64,000 nt of DNA from Anaerolineae bacterium (GCA_027021705.1 JALUTT010000171.1:1-64000); one strand, 5' to 3'. Positions 48,700-59,730 are shown, counted from the stretch's first letter. Notes: generated by a model not told the origin, from the sequence alone. Numbers and translations are program-made.

Positions 48700-50658
48700 A
48701 TGACCTTGACAGATCGCTCTCGCCGCCTGCTCGCCATCCTGCTCCTCGCCCCTCTCGTCGTTGGGGTGCTCGCCGCCGGTTTCCCCGACCCACCGGAGCC
48801 GCCGACGGCGGCCCCGGGATCGGACCGACGGCCGGCCTCCGTCGCCCCCGCCCTCTGGGAGGCCGTCGCCTCCGGCGGGGAGACCCGCTTCCTCGTCGTC
48901 CTGCGGGAGCAGGCCGACCTGAGCCCGGCGGCCCGCCTGACCGACAAGCGGGCCAAGGGCCGTTTCGTCGTCCAGGCCCTGCGGGAGGTAGCCCTGCGCA
49001 CCCAGCCGCCCCTCTGGGCCTTCCTGGAGCGGCGGGGCGCTTCCTACCGCCCCTTCTACGTCGTCAACATGCTGGCCGTCACCGGCGACCGGGCGCTGGT
49101 CGAGGCGCTGGCCGCCCATCCCCTGGTCGCCCGCCTGGAGGCGAACCCGGCGGTGGCCGCCCCGCTCCCCCGGCGCCGGGAACCCCCCGTCCTCCCCGAC
49201 TTGGCTCGGCGGCTGAGGCCGGCGCAGGAGGCCGGGCTGCTCTGGAACCTCTCCGCCATCGGTGCCGACGCCGTCTGGTCGCTGGGCTACCGGGGCCAGG
49301 GCGTCGTCGTGGCCGGCCAGGACACCGGCTACCAGTGGGACCATCCCGCCCTGATCCGCCAGTACCGGGGCTGGAACGGCACCACCGTGGTCCACGACTA
49401 CAACTGGCACGACGCCGTCCACGAGGACCTGGGGCCGGCGGACACCAACCCCTGCGGCTACGACTCCCCCGTCCCTTGCGACGATCACGGCCACGGCACC
49501 CACACGATGGGCACGATGGTGGGGGACGATGGGGCGGGCAACCAGATCGGTGTCGCGCCGGAGGCCCGCTGGATCGGCTGCCGCAATATGGACAACGGCT
49601 GGGGCTCCCCGGCCACCTACGCCGAGTGCTTCGAGTTCTTCCTGGCCCCCTACCCGGTGAACGGCGATCCTCTGACCGACGGGGACCCCGACATGGCCCC
49701 CGACGTGATCAACAACTCCTGGGCCTGTCCTGCCCAGGAGGGCTGCTCCTGGGCGACCCTGCAGCAGGTGGTGGAGAACGTGCGGGCGGCGGGCATCCTC
49801 GTCGTCGCCTCGGCCGGCAACGAGGGACCTACCTGCGGTTCGGTACAGTGGCCGCCCGCCCTCTACGAGGCCACCTTCTCGGTGGGCGCGACGGACAGCG
49901 CCGGACAGATCGCCTCCTTCAGCAGCCGGGGGCCGGTGACGGTGGACGGGAGCAACCGCCCCAAGCCCGACCTCAGTGCGCCGGGGGTGGACATCCGCTC
50001 TAGCGTGCCCGGAGGCGGCTACCAGGGCGGATGGAGTGGGACTTCGATGGCCAGCCCCCACGTGGCCGGGGCCGTCGCCCTGCTCTGGTCGGCCGGCCCC
50101 AGCCTACGGGGCCACGTGACGGAGACGGAACGCATCCTGCAGGAGACGGCCCGACCGGTGGTGGACACCACCTGTGGCGGCGACGCCGACGGCCATCCCA
50201 ACAACGTCTACGGCTGGGGGATCGTGGACGCTTGGGCGGCGGTCCAGGCGATCGCGCCCGCCCTGGCCCTGCGCCTCACCGCCTGGCCGGCCTGGGCCCG
50301 GCCGGGGCGTTCGCTCACCTACACCTTCGCCGTGACCAACACCACCGCCCTCACCCAGACCGGCCTGGTGCTGACGGACCGGCTCCCCCTCTCCGTCACC
50401 CTGACCGCCACCGCCCCATCCGCATCCCGGGGGGATGGGGTGGTCACCTGGACCTGGCCCTTCCTAGCCCCTCGAGCATCGGTGAGCGCCGTGCTGATCG
50501 TCACCGTCGGCCCGGCGGCGCCGGGGACGCAGATCGTCAACGGGGCCTACGGGGTCAGGAGCACGACGGTCACCGAGACCATCACCGGGACGCCCGTCGG
50601 CGTCCTCGTCCCCTGGTCTGTCTACCTGCCCGTTGTCCTGCGCCCACCAGCCCGCTGA
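48700..50658 (+). CDS. secreted S8 serine peptidase with DUF11-like domain
   Basis: signal peptide, DTG, HGHGTHTMG, GTSMASPH triad; C-terminal VYLPVVLR. Confidence 0.92.
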   Translation: MTLTDRSRRLLAILLLAPLVVGVLAAGFPDPPEPPTAAPGSDRRPASVAPALWEAVASGGETRFLVVLREQADLSPAARLTDKRAKGRFVVQALREVALRTQPPLWAFLERRGASYRPFYVVNMLAVTGDRALVEALAAHPLVARLEANPAVAAPLPRRREPPVLPDLARRLRPAQEAGLLWNLSAIGADAVWSLGYRGQGVVVAGQDTGYQWDHPALIRQYRGWNGTTVVHDYNWHDAVHEDLGPADTNPCGYDSPVPCDDHGHGTHTMGTMVGDDGAGNQIGVAPEARWIGCRNMDNGWGSPATYAECFEFFLAPYPVNGDPLTDGDPDMAPDVINNSWACPAQEGCSWATLQQVVENVRAAGILVVASAGNEGPTCGSVQWPPALYEATFSVGATDSAGQIASFSSRGPVTVDGSNRPKPDLSAPGVDIRSSVPGGGYQGGWSGTSMASPHVAGAVALLWSAGPSLRGHVTETERILQETARPVVDTTCGGDADGHPNNVYGWGIVDAWAAVQAIAPALALRLTAWPAWARPGRSLTYTFAVTNTTALTQTGLVLTDRLPLSVTLTATAPSASRGDGVVTWTWPFLAPRASVSAVLIVTVGPAAPGTQIVNGAYGVRSTTVTETITGTPVGVLVPWSVYLPVVLRPPAR

Positions 50659-50720
50659 CCCGTTGACTCGCCGACTCGTTGACTCGCTGACTCGTTGACT
50701 CGCCGACCCATCCACCCATC
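50654..50720. repeat. short tandem repeat (GTTGACTC-like)
   Basis: ~8-bp periodicity. Confidence 0.75.
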
Positions 50721-50731
50721 GCCCTGTCGCT

Positions 50732-51571
50732 ATGCATCCATCAATCCCTCAACTGACCATCCGTGTTCCCACTTCTTCGGGATCCCCCACCGCCCCCCTG
50801 GCGGCCATCATCGGTGCCGGGGGGCCGCCCGACGATCCGCTGACGGCCTACACGGGCGTTGCCCGCAAGGCGCTGATCCCCCTCCTCGGTCGTCCGATGG
50901 TCCTCTACGTGGCCCAGGCGCTGGCCGAGTCGGCCCGGGTAGCCCACCTCATCATCGTGGGGCTGGAGCCGGAGGAAGGGCCGGCCTTCCCCCTGCCGGT
51001 GACCTACCTGCCCGACCGGGGGTCGCTCTTGGACAACCTCCTGGCCGGCGTCGCGGTCCTGCAGCGGCTCTATCCGGGCGCGGAGCGGGTCCTCTTCGCC
51101 GCGGCCGACATCCCCCTCATCACCGGCGAGATCGTCCGAGAGACGGTGGACCTCTCCCTGGCCTCCGGGGCCGACGCCTGCTACACCATCGTGCCGCGCC
51201 CGGTGATGGAGCGGCGCTTCCCCGACGCCCGCCGCAGCTACGTCCGGCTGCGCGAGGGGGAGTTCGCCGGTGGGGACCTCCATCTGTTCAACCCGGCGAT
51301 CCTCCATCGGCGTCCGGCCCTCCTGCAGGCCCTGATGGGAGCCCGCAAGAGCGTTCTCCGGCAGGCCCGCATCATCGGCCTGGGGGTCTTGCTCCGCTAC
51401 CTCTTCCGCCGCCTGAGCCTGCCCGAGGGGGAGCGCCGGGCCCGGCAGATCCTGGGGGGGCTGCCGGTGCGCTTCCTCGTCAGCCGCCACGCCGAACTGG
51501 CGATGGACGTGGACAAGCCCCACCAGTTGGACCTGGTCCGGGCGGAGTTGGCACGGCAGAGGTCCGCCTAG
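50732..51571 (+). CDS. MobA-like NTP transferase family protein
   Basis: AIIGAGG, KALIPLLGRPM, DIPL, DVDKP. Confidence 0.82.
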   Translation: MHPSIPQLTIRVPTSSGSPTAPLAAIIGAGGPPDDPLTAYTGVARKALIPLLGRPMVLYVAQALAESARVAHLIIVGLEPEEGPAFPLPVTYLPDRGSLLDNLLAGVAVLQRLYPGAERVLFAAADIPLITGEIVRETVDLSLASGADACYTIVPRPVMERRFPDARRSYVRLREGEFAGGDLHLFNPAILHRRPALLQALMGARKSVLRQARIIGLGVLLRYLFRRLSLPEGERRARQILGGLPVRFLVSRHAELAMDVDKPHQLDLVRAELARQRSA

Positions 51572-51784
51572 GGCTTATCCAGGCTCGAGCAGCACCCAGA
51601 TTCCCGAGGTCTCCGTGAGGCGATCTCCCCCTTGGGATGCCTGCAAAAAGGGGAGCATGTTGCCTCTCAGGGCCGCTTTCCAGACCTCAGGAATCTCCGA
51701 GGTCAAAGCGTTGAGGAGCCTCGGAGGTCCGCTTCTGCTTGAGCAGGACCACAGAATGTGGTAGAATACACCCAGCAGCACCAA

Positions 51785-51858
51785 TTTCACACGTCACGCC
51801 TCATCCTTTCACGCCTTACGTTTCACGCCTTACGTTTCACGCCTTATGTTTCACGCCT
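51785..51858. repeat. tandem repeat (TTTCACGCCTTACG)n
   Basis: 14-bp units (2 x 7), about 4-5 copies. Confidence 0.8.
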
Positions 51859-51915
51859 CCCGCATCCCCCTTCCCGTTCCGGCGGGCAAGGAGCCCTGCT
51901 GCTGGAGAGAACGCG

Positions 51916-52440
51916 ATGATCAGTGAAAGCCTGGCGATGGACATTTTGCTGGCCTTCGGGCTGGTGGTCGGGCTGATCATTGGGGCCCGAAGGCGCACGG
52001 TGACCCAGTTCTTCGTCCTTATTGGGGTGATCTTTGCGATCATCGTCGCCTCCGGTTTCTACCGGCTGATGGGGAACACCCTGATCCAGGGACTGGGCGA
52101 GATCGGCTTTCCCATCACCTGGCGCTCGGCCTACCCTTTTTCCTTTCTGGCGTTGACGCTGGCTGCTTACATTCTGGCCGAGGCGGTGATCCGGGCCTAC
52201 ATGCCCGGTGGGGCCATTCGTTCCCTCTGGGTGCTGGATAACCTCATCGGCGCGGGGCTGGGCGCGATGTGGGCAGCTCTGTGGCTGGGCGTTCTGGTGG
52301 GCACCTTCCAGTACGTGCTGGCTTACCAGGGAGCCTCTCTGCTGCCCTTCATCGCCCGCCTCTTCCGCCTGCTGGTACTCTTTGTGCTACGTTTCTTCTA
52401 TCCTCAGGGTTTGCCGCCCATCTTCGACCCGCTGGTATGA
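51916..52440 (+). CDS. CvpA-family membrane protein
   Basis: D-x-LL...G.RR N-terminus, LDNLIGA.LG; GGAG RBS. Confidence 0.7.
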   Translation: MISESLAMDILLAFGLVVGLIIGARRRTVTQFFVLIGVIFAIIVASGFYRLMGNTLIQGLGEIGFPITWRSAYPFSFLALTLAAYILAEAVIRAYMPGGAIRSLWVLDNLIGAGLGAMWAALWLGVLVGTFQYVLAYQGASLLPFIARLFRLLVLFVLRFFYPQGLPPIFDPLV

Positions 52441-52648
52441 GAACCGGCGCTTGATCGCTCCTGCCAGGTGGGCTCTTCCTAACGTCTAGGCGAGGGGTCT
52501 GGGCGAAGAGGCCTGCCTGTCCGGGACATTGTCCAAGGCCCCAGGATGCTCCCCTGGGCCAGCCCCCAGGAAGCAGTGCGTGGAGACAGCCCCGATGGGA
52601 GGCGGGCTGGCGCCCCCATCCACAGCCACGTCGAAGGAGGAGGTTCTG

Positions 52649-54544
52649 ATGGCAAATCTGCATGGCGAGGTGTACTATCCGCCTGAGGAGGTCGTAGCCC
52701 GGGCCCACGTCCAGGATTGGGAGAAGCTCCTGGAGGAGGCCGCCGCGGACCCCGTCGCCTTCTGGGAGGCGCGGGCCAAGGAGTTGGTGGATTGGTTCGA
52801 GCCCTGGGAGCGGGCCTTCGACGACTCCAATGCGCCCTTCTACAAGTGGTTCATCGGGGCCAAGACGAACATCGTCCACAATGCCCTGGACCGGCACATC
52901 ACCACCTGGCGGCGCAACAAGCTGGCCTACATCTGGGAGGGAGAGGATGGCACGCGGCGCACGATGAGCTACTACCGTCTCTGGCGGGAGGTGAACCGCT
53001 TCGCCGCCATCCTCAAGAGCATGGGCGTGGAGAAGGGAGATCGGGTGACGATCTACATGGGGCGGCTGCCCGAACTCCCCATCGCTATGCTGGCCACAGC
53101 CAAGATCGGCGCCATCCACTCGGTCGTCTACGGTGGTTTCAGCGTCGAGGCCCTGGCCGAGCGGATCGAGGATGCCCAGTCCCGCGTCCTCATCACCGCC
53201 GATGGCGGCTTTATGCGGGGCAAGATCGTTCCCCTCAAGGAGATTGCCGATGAGGCGGTCCGGCGCAGCCCCGTCGTGGAGCATATGGTCGTCGTCCGCC
53301 GCACGGGCCACGAGGTCAATATGGAAGTGGGCCGCGACTACTGGTACCACGAACTCTGCCAGCTCCCGGTGGCCAACGGCACCGTGGAGACGGAGGTGAT
53401 GGATGCCGAGGATCCCCTCTTCATCCTCTACACCTCCGGGACGACGGGCAAGCCCAAGGGGGTGCTCCACACCCACGGAGGCTACCAGGTGGGCATCGCC
53501 ACGACGCTCAAGTACGCCTTCGACCTGAAGGATGAAGACCGATGGTGGTGCGCTGCCGACCCCGGCTGGATCACCGGCCACTCCTACATCGTCTACGGGC
53601 CGCTGATCCTGGGGGCCACGTCCTTCATCTACGAGGGAGCACCCAACTACCCCTACCCAGACCGCTGGTGGCGGATGATTGAGGAATACGGTATCACCAT
53701 CCTGTACACCGCGCCGACGGCCATCCGGGGGCTGATGCGCTTCGGCAACGCTTGGGTGAACCGGCACGACCTCTCCAGCCTGCGCCTGCTGGGAACCGTG
53801 GGCGAGCCCATCAACCCCGAGGCCTGGCGCTGGTACTACGAGGTCGTCGGAAAGGAGCGTTGCCCCATCATTGACACCTGGTGGCAGACGGAGACAGGCC
53901 ACTTTATGATCACCCCGTTGCCGGTCACGCCGCTCAAGCCCGGTTCGGCCACCAAGCCCTTCCCCGGCATCCTGGCCGAGGTGGTGGACGAAGAGGGGAA
54001 CCCGGTGGAGCCGGGCGTGGAGGGCAACCTGGTGATCAAGCACGCCTGGCCGGGGATGCTCCGCACCATCTACGGCGATCCGGAGCGCTACAAGGAGCAG
54101 TACTGGTCCAAGTATGCCAAGCAGGGCTACTACCTCACCGGCGACTCGGCCCGCAAGGACGAAGACGGCTACTTCTGGATCATCGGTCGGGTGGACGATG
54201 TGATCAAGGTGGCCGGTTACCGCTTGGGCACGGCCGAGATCGAATCGGCCCTGGTCAGCCACCCCGCCGTCTCCGAGGCGGCGGCCATCGGCGTCCCCGA
54301 TGAACTCAAGGGGAACGTCATCCACACCTTCGTCATCCTGCGGGAGGGCTTCACGCCTTCGCCGGAACTGGAGGAGGAGTTAAAGCAGCACGTGCGCCAC
54401 GAGATGGGTCCCATTGCCGTCCCGGCCAAGATCAACTTCGTCGAGAGCCTGCCCAAGACCCGCTCGGGCAAGATCATGCGGCGTGTCCTCAAAGCCCGCA
54501 CCCTGGGGCTGCCCGAGGGCGACCTGAGCACGCTGGAGGACTAA
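52649..54544 (+). CDS. acs: acetate--CoA ligase
   Basis: [39 protein letters not shown]. Confidence 0.96.
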   Translation: MANLHGEVYYPPEEVVARAHVQDWEKLLEEAAADPVAFWEARAKELVDWFEPWERAFDDSNAPFYKWFIGAKTNIVHNALDRHITTWRRNKLAYIWEGEDGTRRTMSYYRLWREVNRFAAILKSMGVEKGDRVTIYMGRLPELPIAMLATAKIGAIHSVVYGGFSVEALAERIEDAQSRVLITADGGFMRGKIVPLKEIADEAVRRSPVVEHMVVVRRTGHEVNMEVGRDYWYHELCQLPVANGTVETEVMDAEDPLFILYTSGTTGKPKGVLHTHGGYQVGIATTLKYAFDLKDEDRWWCAADPGWITGHSYIVYGPLILGATSFIYEGAPNYPYPDRWWRMIEEYGITILYTAPTAIRGLMRFGNAWVNRHDLSSLRLLGTVGEPINPEAWRWYYEVVGKERCPIIDTWWQTETGHFMITPLPVTPLKPGSATKPFPGILAEVVDEEGNPVEPGVEGNLVIKHAWPGMLRTIYGDPERYKEQYWSKYAKQGYYLTGDSARKDEDGYFWIIGRVDDVIKVAGYRLGTAEIESALVSHPAVSEAAAIGVPDELKGNVIHTFVILREGFTPSPELEEELKQHVRHEMGPIAVPAKINFVESLPKTRSGKIMRRVLKARTLGLPEGDLSTLED

Positions 54545-54607
54545 GAGGACGTATCGCCCCCTTCCTCCTCTGCGCCGGGAGGGGGAAGGGGGCAACCGGC
54601 CCAATTA

Positions 54608-54748
54608 GTCGGGTGGTCGGATGGTCGCTTGGTCGCTTGGTCGCTTGGTCCACGGTCCTCAGTCCTCAGTCCTCAGTCCGCTGCTAAGCCGCTAGCCGCT
54701 ATGCCGCTATGCCGCCAGCCGCTACACCGCTTGGCCCCTGCCCCTTGC
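54608..54748. repeat. mosaic short tandem repeats (GGTCGCTT, GTCCTCA, GCCGCTA)
   Basis: same motifs recur at 55815-55943 and 57011-57155. Confidence 0.8.
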
Positions 54749-54824
54749 GCCGGCGGCGGGGTGATGCTACAATCTTCTGCACTGCCGATTCCGGGAGCAA
54801 CACACCGACGAGAGGAGGAAGACC

Positions 54825-55808
54825 GTGGGCCGGGCGGACATCGGGAGCAAGTACGTGCTGGCCGGCGAGCCGACGGAGTGGGCCCGCTGGCTGCTGGGGG
54901 ACGAGACCATCCGGGTCGAGGAGCGGCTGTCGGGAGAGTTCCAGTTCTTGATGCGCCACAGCGACGAGGTGCTGCGGGCGCGGGGGCAGGAAGGCCCCTT
55001 CGTCCTGGTGGTCGAGGTCCAGTTGCGGGCGGACGAGCGGATGCCCCGGCGGATGCGGGCCTATGCAGCGCTGGCCGAGGAGCGATACGACCTGCCGGCC
55101 TATCCGCTGGTGCTCTACTTGCTGCCGCCGGGAGAGGGGGTGCAACTGCCGGAGCGGTACCATCAGGAGTTTATGGGCTTGACGGCCCGCCAGGACTTTC
55201 GGGTGGTGCGGGTGTGGGAGCTGGAGGCGGAGCGGGTGGTGGCGGCGGGGGTGGTGGGGCTGGTGCCCTTCGTGCCGCTGATGCGGGGGGCGGACGAGGG
55301 GGTGATCCGGCGAGGGGTGGAGGTGTTGCGGGAGCGGGGGGTGGGAGAAGAGGTCGAGGCGGCGCTGGCCTTGTTCGCCAGCTTCGTGATGGAGCCGGAG
55401 CAAGTGCGGCAGATCGTGAGGTGGGATATGGCGGTTCTGAAGGAATCACCCTGGTACAAGCAAATCTTGGAGGAGGGATTGCAGGAGGGGCGGCGGCTGG
55501 GGCTCCAGGAGGGCCTTCAGCAGGGCCTCCAGCAAGGCCTCCAGCAGGGCCTCCAGCAGGGGCTTCAGCAAGGGCTTCAGCAGGGCCTCCGACAAGGGAT
55601 CCTAGAAGGGCAGCGGGAAGCCATCCTGCACCTGCTGCGGGTGCGGTTTGACCCGACGGGGCCGGCCCTGGAGCCCGTCGCCGAGGGGCTGGCCGAGATC
55701 GAGGACGCTACCCTGCTCCAGGACCTGCTGGTGGAAGCGGCGCAGGCGGAGAGTTTGGAGGCCTTCCAGAAAGGGCTCCAACGGCTGTTAGGGGGCTCAT
55801 CGGGGTAG
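54825..55808 (+). CDS. Rpn-family recombination-promoting nuclease/putative transposase, copy 1
   Basis: D...VEVQ PD-(D/E)xK-like core, RMRAY, LKESPWY, (GLQQ)n repeat, LRVRF C-terminal domain. Confidence 0.85.
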   Translation: MGRADIGSKYVLAGEPTEWARWLLGDETIRVEERLSGEFQFLMRHSDEVLRARGQEGPFVLVVEVQLRADERMPRRMRAYAALAEERYDLPAYPLVLYLLPPGEGVQLPERYHQEFMGLTARQDFRVVRVWELEAERVVAAGVVGLVPFVPLMRGADEGVIRRGVEVLRERGVGEEVEAALALFASFVMEPEQVRQIVRWDMAVLKESPWYKQILEEGLQEGRRLGLQEGLQQGLQQGLQQGLQQGLQQGLQQGLRQGILEGQREAILHLLRVRFDPTGPALEPVAEGLAEIEDATLLQDLLVEAAQAESLEAFQKGLQRLLGGSSG

Positions 55809-56019
55809 GAGCGCGGTCCTCAGTCCTCAGTCCGCTGTTTGGTCGGGTGGTCGAGTAGTCCTTGGTCCTCAGTCCATGGTCCGTCGCTAAGCCGCTAGCC
55901 GCTATGCCGCCAGCCGCTACGCCGCTTGGCCCCTGCCCCTTGCGCCGGGGGCGGGGTGATGCTACAATCTTCTGCACTGCCGATTCCGGGAGCAACACAC
56001 CGACGAGAGGAGGAAGACC

Positions 56020-57003
56020 GTGGGCCGGGCGGACATCGGGGGCAAGTACGTGCTGGCCGGCGAGCCGACGGAGTGGGCCCGCTGGCTGCTGGGGGACGAG
56101 ACCATCCGGGTCGAGGAGCGGCTGTCGGGAGAGTTCCAGTTCTTGATGCGCCACAGCGACGAGGTGCTGCGGGCGCGGGGGCAGGAAGGCCCCTTCGTCC
56201 TGGTGGTCGAGGTCCAGTTGCGGGCGGACGAGCGGATGCCCCGGCGGATGCGGGCCTATGCAGCGCTGGCCGAGGAGCGATACGACCTGCCGGCCTATCC
56301 GCTGGTGCTCTACTTGCTGCCGCCGGGAGAGGGGGTGCAACTGCCGGAGCGGTACCATCAGGAGTTTATGGGCTTGACGGCCCGCCAGGACTTTCGGGTG
56401 GTGCGGGTGTGGGAGCTGGAGGCGGAGCGGGTGGTGGCGGCGGGGGTGGTGGGGCTGGTGCCCTTCGTGCCGCTGATGCGGGGGGCGGACGAGGGGGTGA
56501 TCCGGCGAGGGGTGGAGGTGTTGCGGGAGCGGGGGGTGGGAGAAGAGGTCGAGGCGGCGCTGGCCTTGTTCGCCAGCTTCGTGATGGAGCCGGAGCAAGT
56601 GCGGCAGATCGTGAGGTGGGATATGGCGGTTCTGAAGGAATCACCCTGGTACAAGCAAATCTTGGAGGAGGGATTGCAGGAGGGGCGGCGGCTGGGGCTC
56701 CAGGAGGGCCTTCAGCAGGGCCTCCAGCAAGGCCTCCAGCAGGGCCTCCAGCAGGGGCTTCAGCAAGGGCTTCAGCAGGGCCTCCGACAAGGGATCCTAG
56801 AAGGGCAGCGGGAAGCCATCCTGCACCTGCTGCGGGTGCGGTTTGACCCGACGGGGCCGGCCCTGGAGCCCGTCGCCGAAGGGCTGGCCGAGATCGAGGA
56901 CGCTACCCTGCTCCAGGACCTGCTGGTGGAAGCGGCGCAGGCCGAGAGCCTGGAGACTTTTCAGAAAGGGCTCCAACGGCTGTTGGGGGCCTCATCGGGG
57001 TAG
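56020..57003 (+). CDS. Rpn-family recombination-promoting nuclease/putative transposase, copy 2
   Basis: differs from copy 1 at three amino acids. Confidence 0.85.
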   Translation: MGRADIGGKYVLAGEPTEWARWLLGDETIRVEERLSGEFQFLMRHSDEVLRARGQEGPFVLVVEVQLRADERMPRRMRAYAALAEERYDLPAYPLVLYLLPPGEGVQLPERYHQEFMGLTARQDFRVVRVWELEAERVVAAGVVGLVPFVPLMRGADEGVIRRGVEVLRERGVGEEVEAALALFASFVMEPEQVRQIVRWDMAVLKESPWYKQILEEGLQEGRRLGLQEGLQQGLQQGLQQGLQQGLQQGLQQGLRQGILEGQREAILHLLRVRFDPTGPALEPVAEGLAEIEDATLLQDLLVEAAQAESLETFQKGLQRLLGASSG

Positions 57004-57252
57004 GAGCGCGGTCCTCAGTCCGCAGTCCACAGTCCTCAGTCCGCTGTTTGGTCGGGTGGTCACTTGGTCGCTTGGTCAAGTGGTCAGATGGTCACGTGGT
57101 CACTTGGTCCTTGCTCCTTGCCCCTTGCCTCTTGCCGCTAGGCCGCTAGGCCGCTTGATCAGCAGAGGCGGAATATGGCGGTTCTGAAGGAATCACCCTG
57201 GTACAAGCAGATTCTGGAGGAGGGCCTCCAGTTCCCTGGCGGACAACCACCG

Positions 57253-59664
57253 ATGAACCCTAAGCACCGGACGACACTGGAGCTTCCCAAAATCCTGGAA
57301 CGGCTGGCCGGCCATTGTGCCTTCTCGGCGGGCAAGGCCCTGGCCCGCTCCCTGACCCCCTCGACGGACCCGGAGGAGGTCCGCTACCGGCTGGCCGTCA
57401 CCCGGGAGGCCCGGACGTTGCTGCGCACCCATCCGGGAACCTCCATCGGCGGGGCCCGCGACGTCCGCCCTCTGCTGGAGCAGGCCCGGCGCGAGGCCAC
57501 CCTCCTCCCCGGCGAACTGCTGGACGTGCGCCAGACGCTGGTGGCCGGCCGGACGCTGCGCCGCACCCTCACCCGCCTGGAGGCCGACTTCCCCCGCCTG
57601 GCCGGGATCGCCCGGCGGATCGAGCCGGTCCCCGGCCTCATCGCCGAGATCGGGCGTTGCATCAACGACGACGGCGAGGTCCGCGACGAGGCCAGCCCCG
57701 CCCTGGCCCAGGCCCGCCGGACGGTGCGGCTGGCCCACCGGCGACTCCAGGAAAAGCTCCAGCGCATCGTCACCTCGCCCCAGACGGCCCGCTTCCTGCA
57801 GGAGCCCATCATCACCCAACGGGCGGGGCGCTACGTCATCCCCCTGCGGGCCGAGTTCAAGGGGCGCATCCCCGGCATCGTCCACGACCAGTCGGCCAGC
57901 GGGGCCACCCTCTTCATCGAGCCCCTCTCCGTCGTGGAGCTGAACAACCGTTGGCGGGAGGCCCGGCTGACCGAGGAGCGGGAGGTCCAACGGGTGCTGG
58001 CCCGGCTGACGGCCCAGGTCGCCGAGGAGGCCGAGGCCATCCGACGCACCGTCGAAGCGCTGGCCGAGCTGGACCTGGCCTTCGCCAAAGCCGCCTACGC
58101 CGACCTCCTGGAGGCGGAGGAGCCCCGGATGCTCGCCTTCGGCGAGGGGAAGCGCCGCCCGGTGCTCCGCCTCCGCCAGGCCCGCCACCCCCTCCTCGAT
58201 CCCCAGACGGTGGTGCCCATTGACCTGGAATTGGACGAGGAGACCTTCATCGTCGTCATCACCGGCCCCAACACCGGGGGCAAGACGGTGACGCTGAAGA
58301 CGGTGGGGCTCCTGGCACTGATGGCCCAGTGCGGGCTGCACATCCCGGCGGCCCAGGAGTCCGCTCTGCCCGTCTTCCGGGCGATCTACGCCGACATCGG
58401 CGACGAGCAGTCCATCGAGCAGAGCCTTTCCACCTTCTCGGCCCATATGACCAACATCCTGAGCTTCCTGGAGCGGGCCGACGACCGTTCGCTGGTGCTG
58501 CTGGACGAGTTGGGGGCCGGCACCGACCCGGCGGAGGGATCGGCGCTGGCCCGGGCGCTCCTGGACTACCTGCGGGCCCGGCGGGTGACGACGCTGGTGG
58601 CCACCCACTACCCGGAGCTGAAGGTCTACGCCCACGCCACGCCGGGCGTGGTCAACGCCAGCGTCGAGTTCGACCCCGAGACGCTGGCCCCCACCTACCG
58701 GCTCCGGCTGGGGCTGCCGGGCCGCTCCAACGCCTTCGCCATCGCCGCCCGCCTGGGGGCCCCGCCCGAGGTGATCGCCCAGGCCCGGCAGATGATGGCG
58801 GAGACGGACCTGCGGGCCGAGGAGATGCTGGCCGAGATCGCCCGGGCCCGACGGGAAGCCGAGGAAGCCCGCCGGGAGGCCCAGATGGCCCAGGCGGACC
58901 TCCAGGCCCAGGCGGAGGCGCTGCGCCAGCGGCTGGCGGCCATAAACGAGGAGCGCCGCCGGGTGCTCAACGAGGCCCGACAGCAGGCCCAGGCGGAGCT
59001 GGAACACCTGCGGGAAGAAGTGGCCCGGCTGCGCCGGCGGCTGCGCCAGGTCGAGCAGGTGCTTCGCTTCCGCTCCCTGGAGGGGGCAGAGCAGCCCATC
59101 GCCGAGGAGAGCCCCGCTGCCGTCCTCCAAGAGGTCGAGGCGCACCTGGAGGCGCTGGAGCGGGCCGCCGGGCCGGAGCCGGCCCCGCCGCCCCCGGCTC
59201 CCTACCCCCAGCGCCCCATCCGACCGGGAGATACCGTCTGGGTGCCCACCCTCCAGACCACCGGCCAAGTGATGGCCCTGGAGGATGGCGAGGCGGAGGT
59301 CCAGGTGGGGCGAATGCGGGTGCGAGCCCGGGCCGACACCCTCCAGTGGCGTCCCCCGGAGCCGGCCCCGGAGGTTGAGGAGCCTCCTCGCCTGGCCCGG
59401 ACCCCGGCCCCCTCCCCCGGCGTCGAACTGGACCTGCGAGGGCTGACGGTGGAGGAGGCGCTGCCCCGTCTGGACCGCTACCTGGACGCGGCAGCGCTGG
59501 CCGGCCTCCCCTGGGGGCGCATCATCCACGGGAAGGGGACGGGGCGGCTGCGCCGGGCCGTGCGCCGTATGCTGGCCGATCACCCCCTCGTCCAGCGCTA
59601 CGAGCCGGGGCGGGAGAACGAGGGGGGAGACGGGGTGACCATCGTGCACCTAGCGTCTTCGTGA
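57253..59664 (+). CDS. mutS2: endonuclease MutS2 (possible N-terminal extension from 57175)
   Basis: TLELPKI, HDQSASGAT, TGPNTGGKT, QSLSTFS, DELGAGTDP, Smr domain IIHGKGTG. Confidence 0.95.
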   Translation: MNPKHRTTLELPKILERLAGHCAFSAGKALARSLTPSTDPEEVRYRLAVTREARTLLRTHPGTSIGGARDVRPLLEQARREATLLPGELLDVRQTLVAGRTLRRTLTRLEADFPRLAGIARRIEPVPGLIAEIGRCINDDGEVRDEASPALAQARRTVRLAHRRLQEKLQRIVTSPQTARFLQEPIITQRAGRYVIPLRAEFKGRIPGIVHDQSASGATLFIEPLSVVELNNRWREARLTEEREVQRVLARLTAQVAEEAEAIRRTVEALAELDLAFAKAAYADLLEAEEPRMLAFGEGKRRPVLRLRQARHPLLDPQTVVPIDLELDEETFIVVITGPNTGGKTVTLKTVGLLALMAQCGLHIPAAQESALPVFRAIYADIGDEQSIEQSLSTFSAHMTNILSFLERADDRSLVLLDELGAGTDPAEGSALARALLDYLRARRVTTLVATHYPELKVYAHATPGVVNASVEFDPETLAPTYRLRLGLPGRSNAFAIAARLGAPPEVIAQARQMMAETDLRAEEMLAEIARARREAEEARREAQMAQADLQAQAEALRQRLAAINEERRRVLNEARQQAQAELEHLREEVARLRRRLRQVEQVLRFRSLEGAEQPIAEESPAAVLQEVEAHLEALERAAGPEPAPPPPAPYPQRPIRPGDTVWVPTLQTTGQVMALEDGEAEVQVGRMRVRARADTLQWRPPEPAPEVEEPPRLARTPAPSPGVELDLRGLTVEEALPRLDRYLDAAALAGLPWGRIIHGKGTGRLRRAVRRMLADHPLVQRYEPGRENEGGDGVTIVHLASS

Positions 59665-59730
59665 GCTCAATCCCGAGCGGCGCGATTCGATCCGGTTTTT
59701 GGACAAATTTGGGGAATCTGGAAAACGTAA

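Larger units (their letters stand above)
54660..57060 (+). repeat. near-identical tandem duplication, unit ~1195 bp
   Basis: promoter (TTGCGC-N17-TACAAT), gene and downstream sequence all duplicated. Confidence 0.9.
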
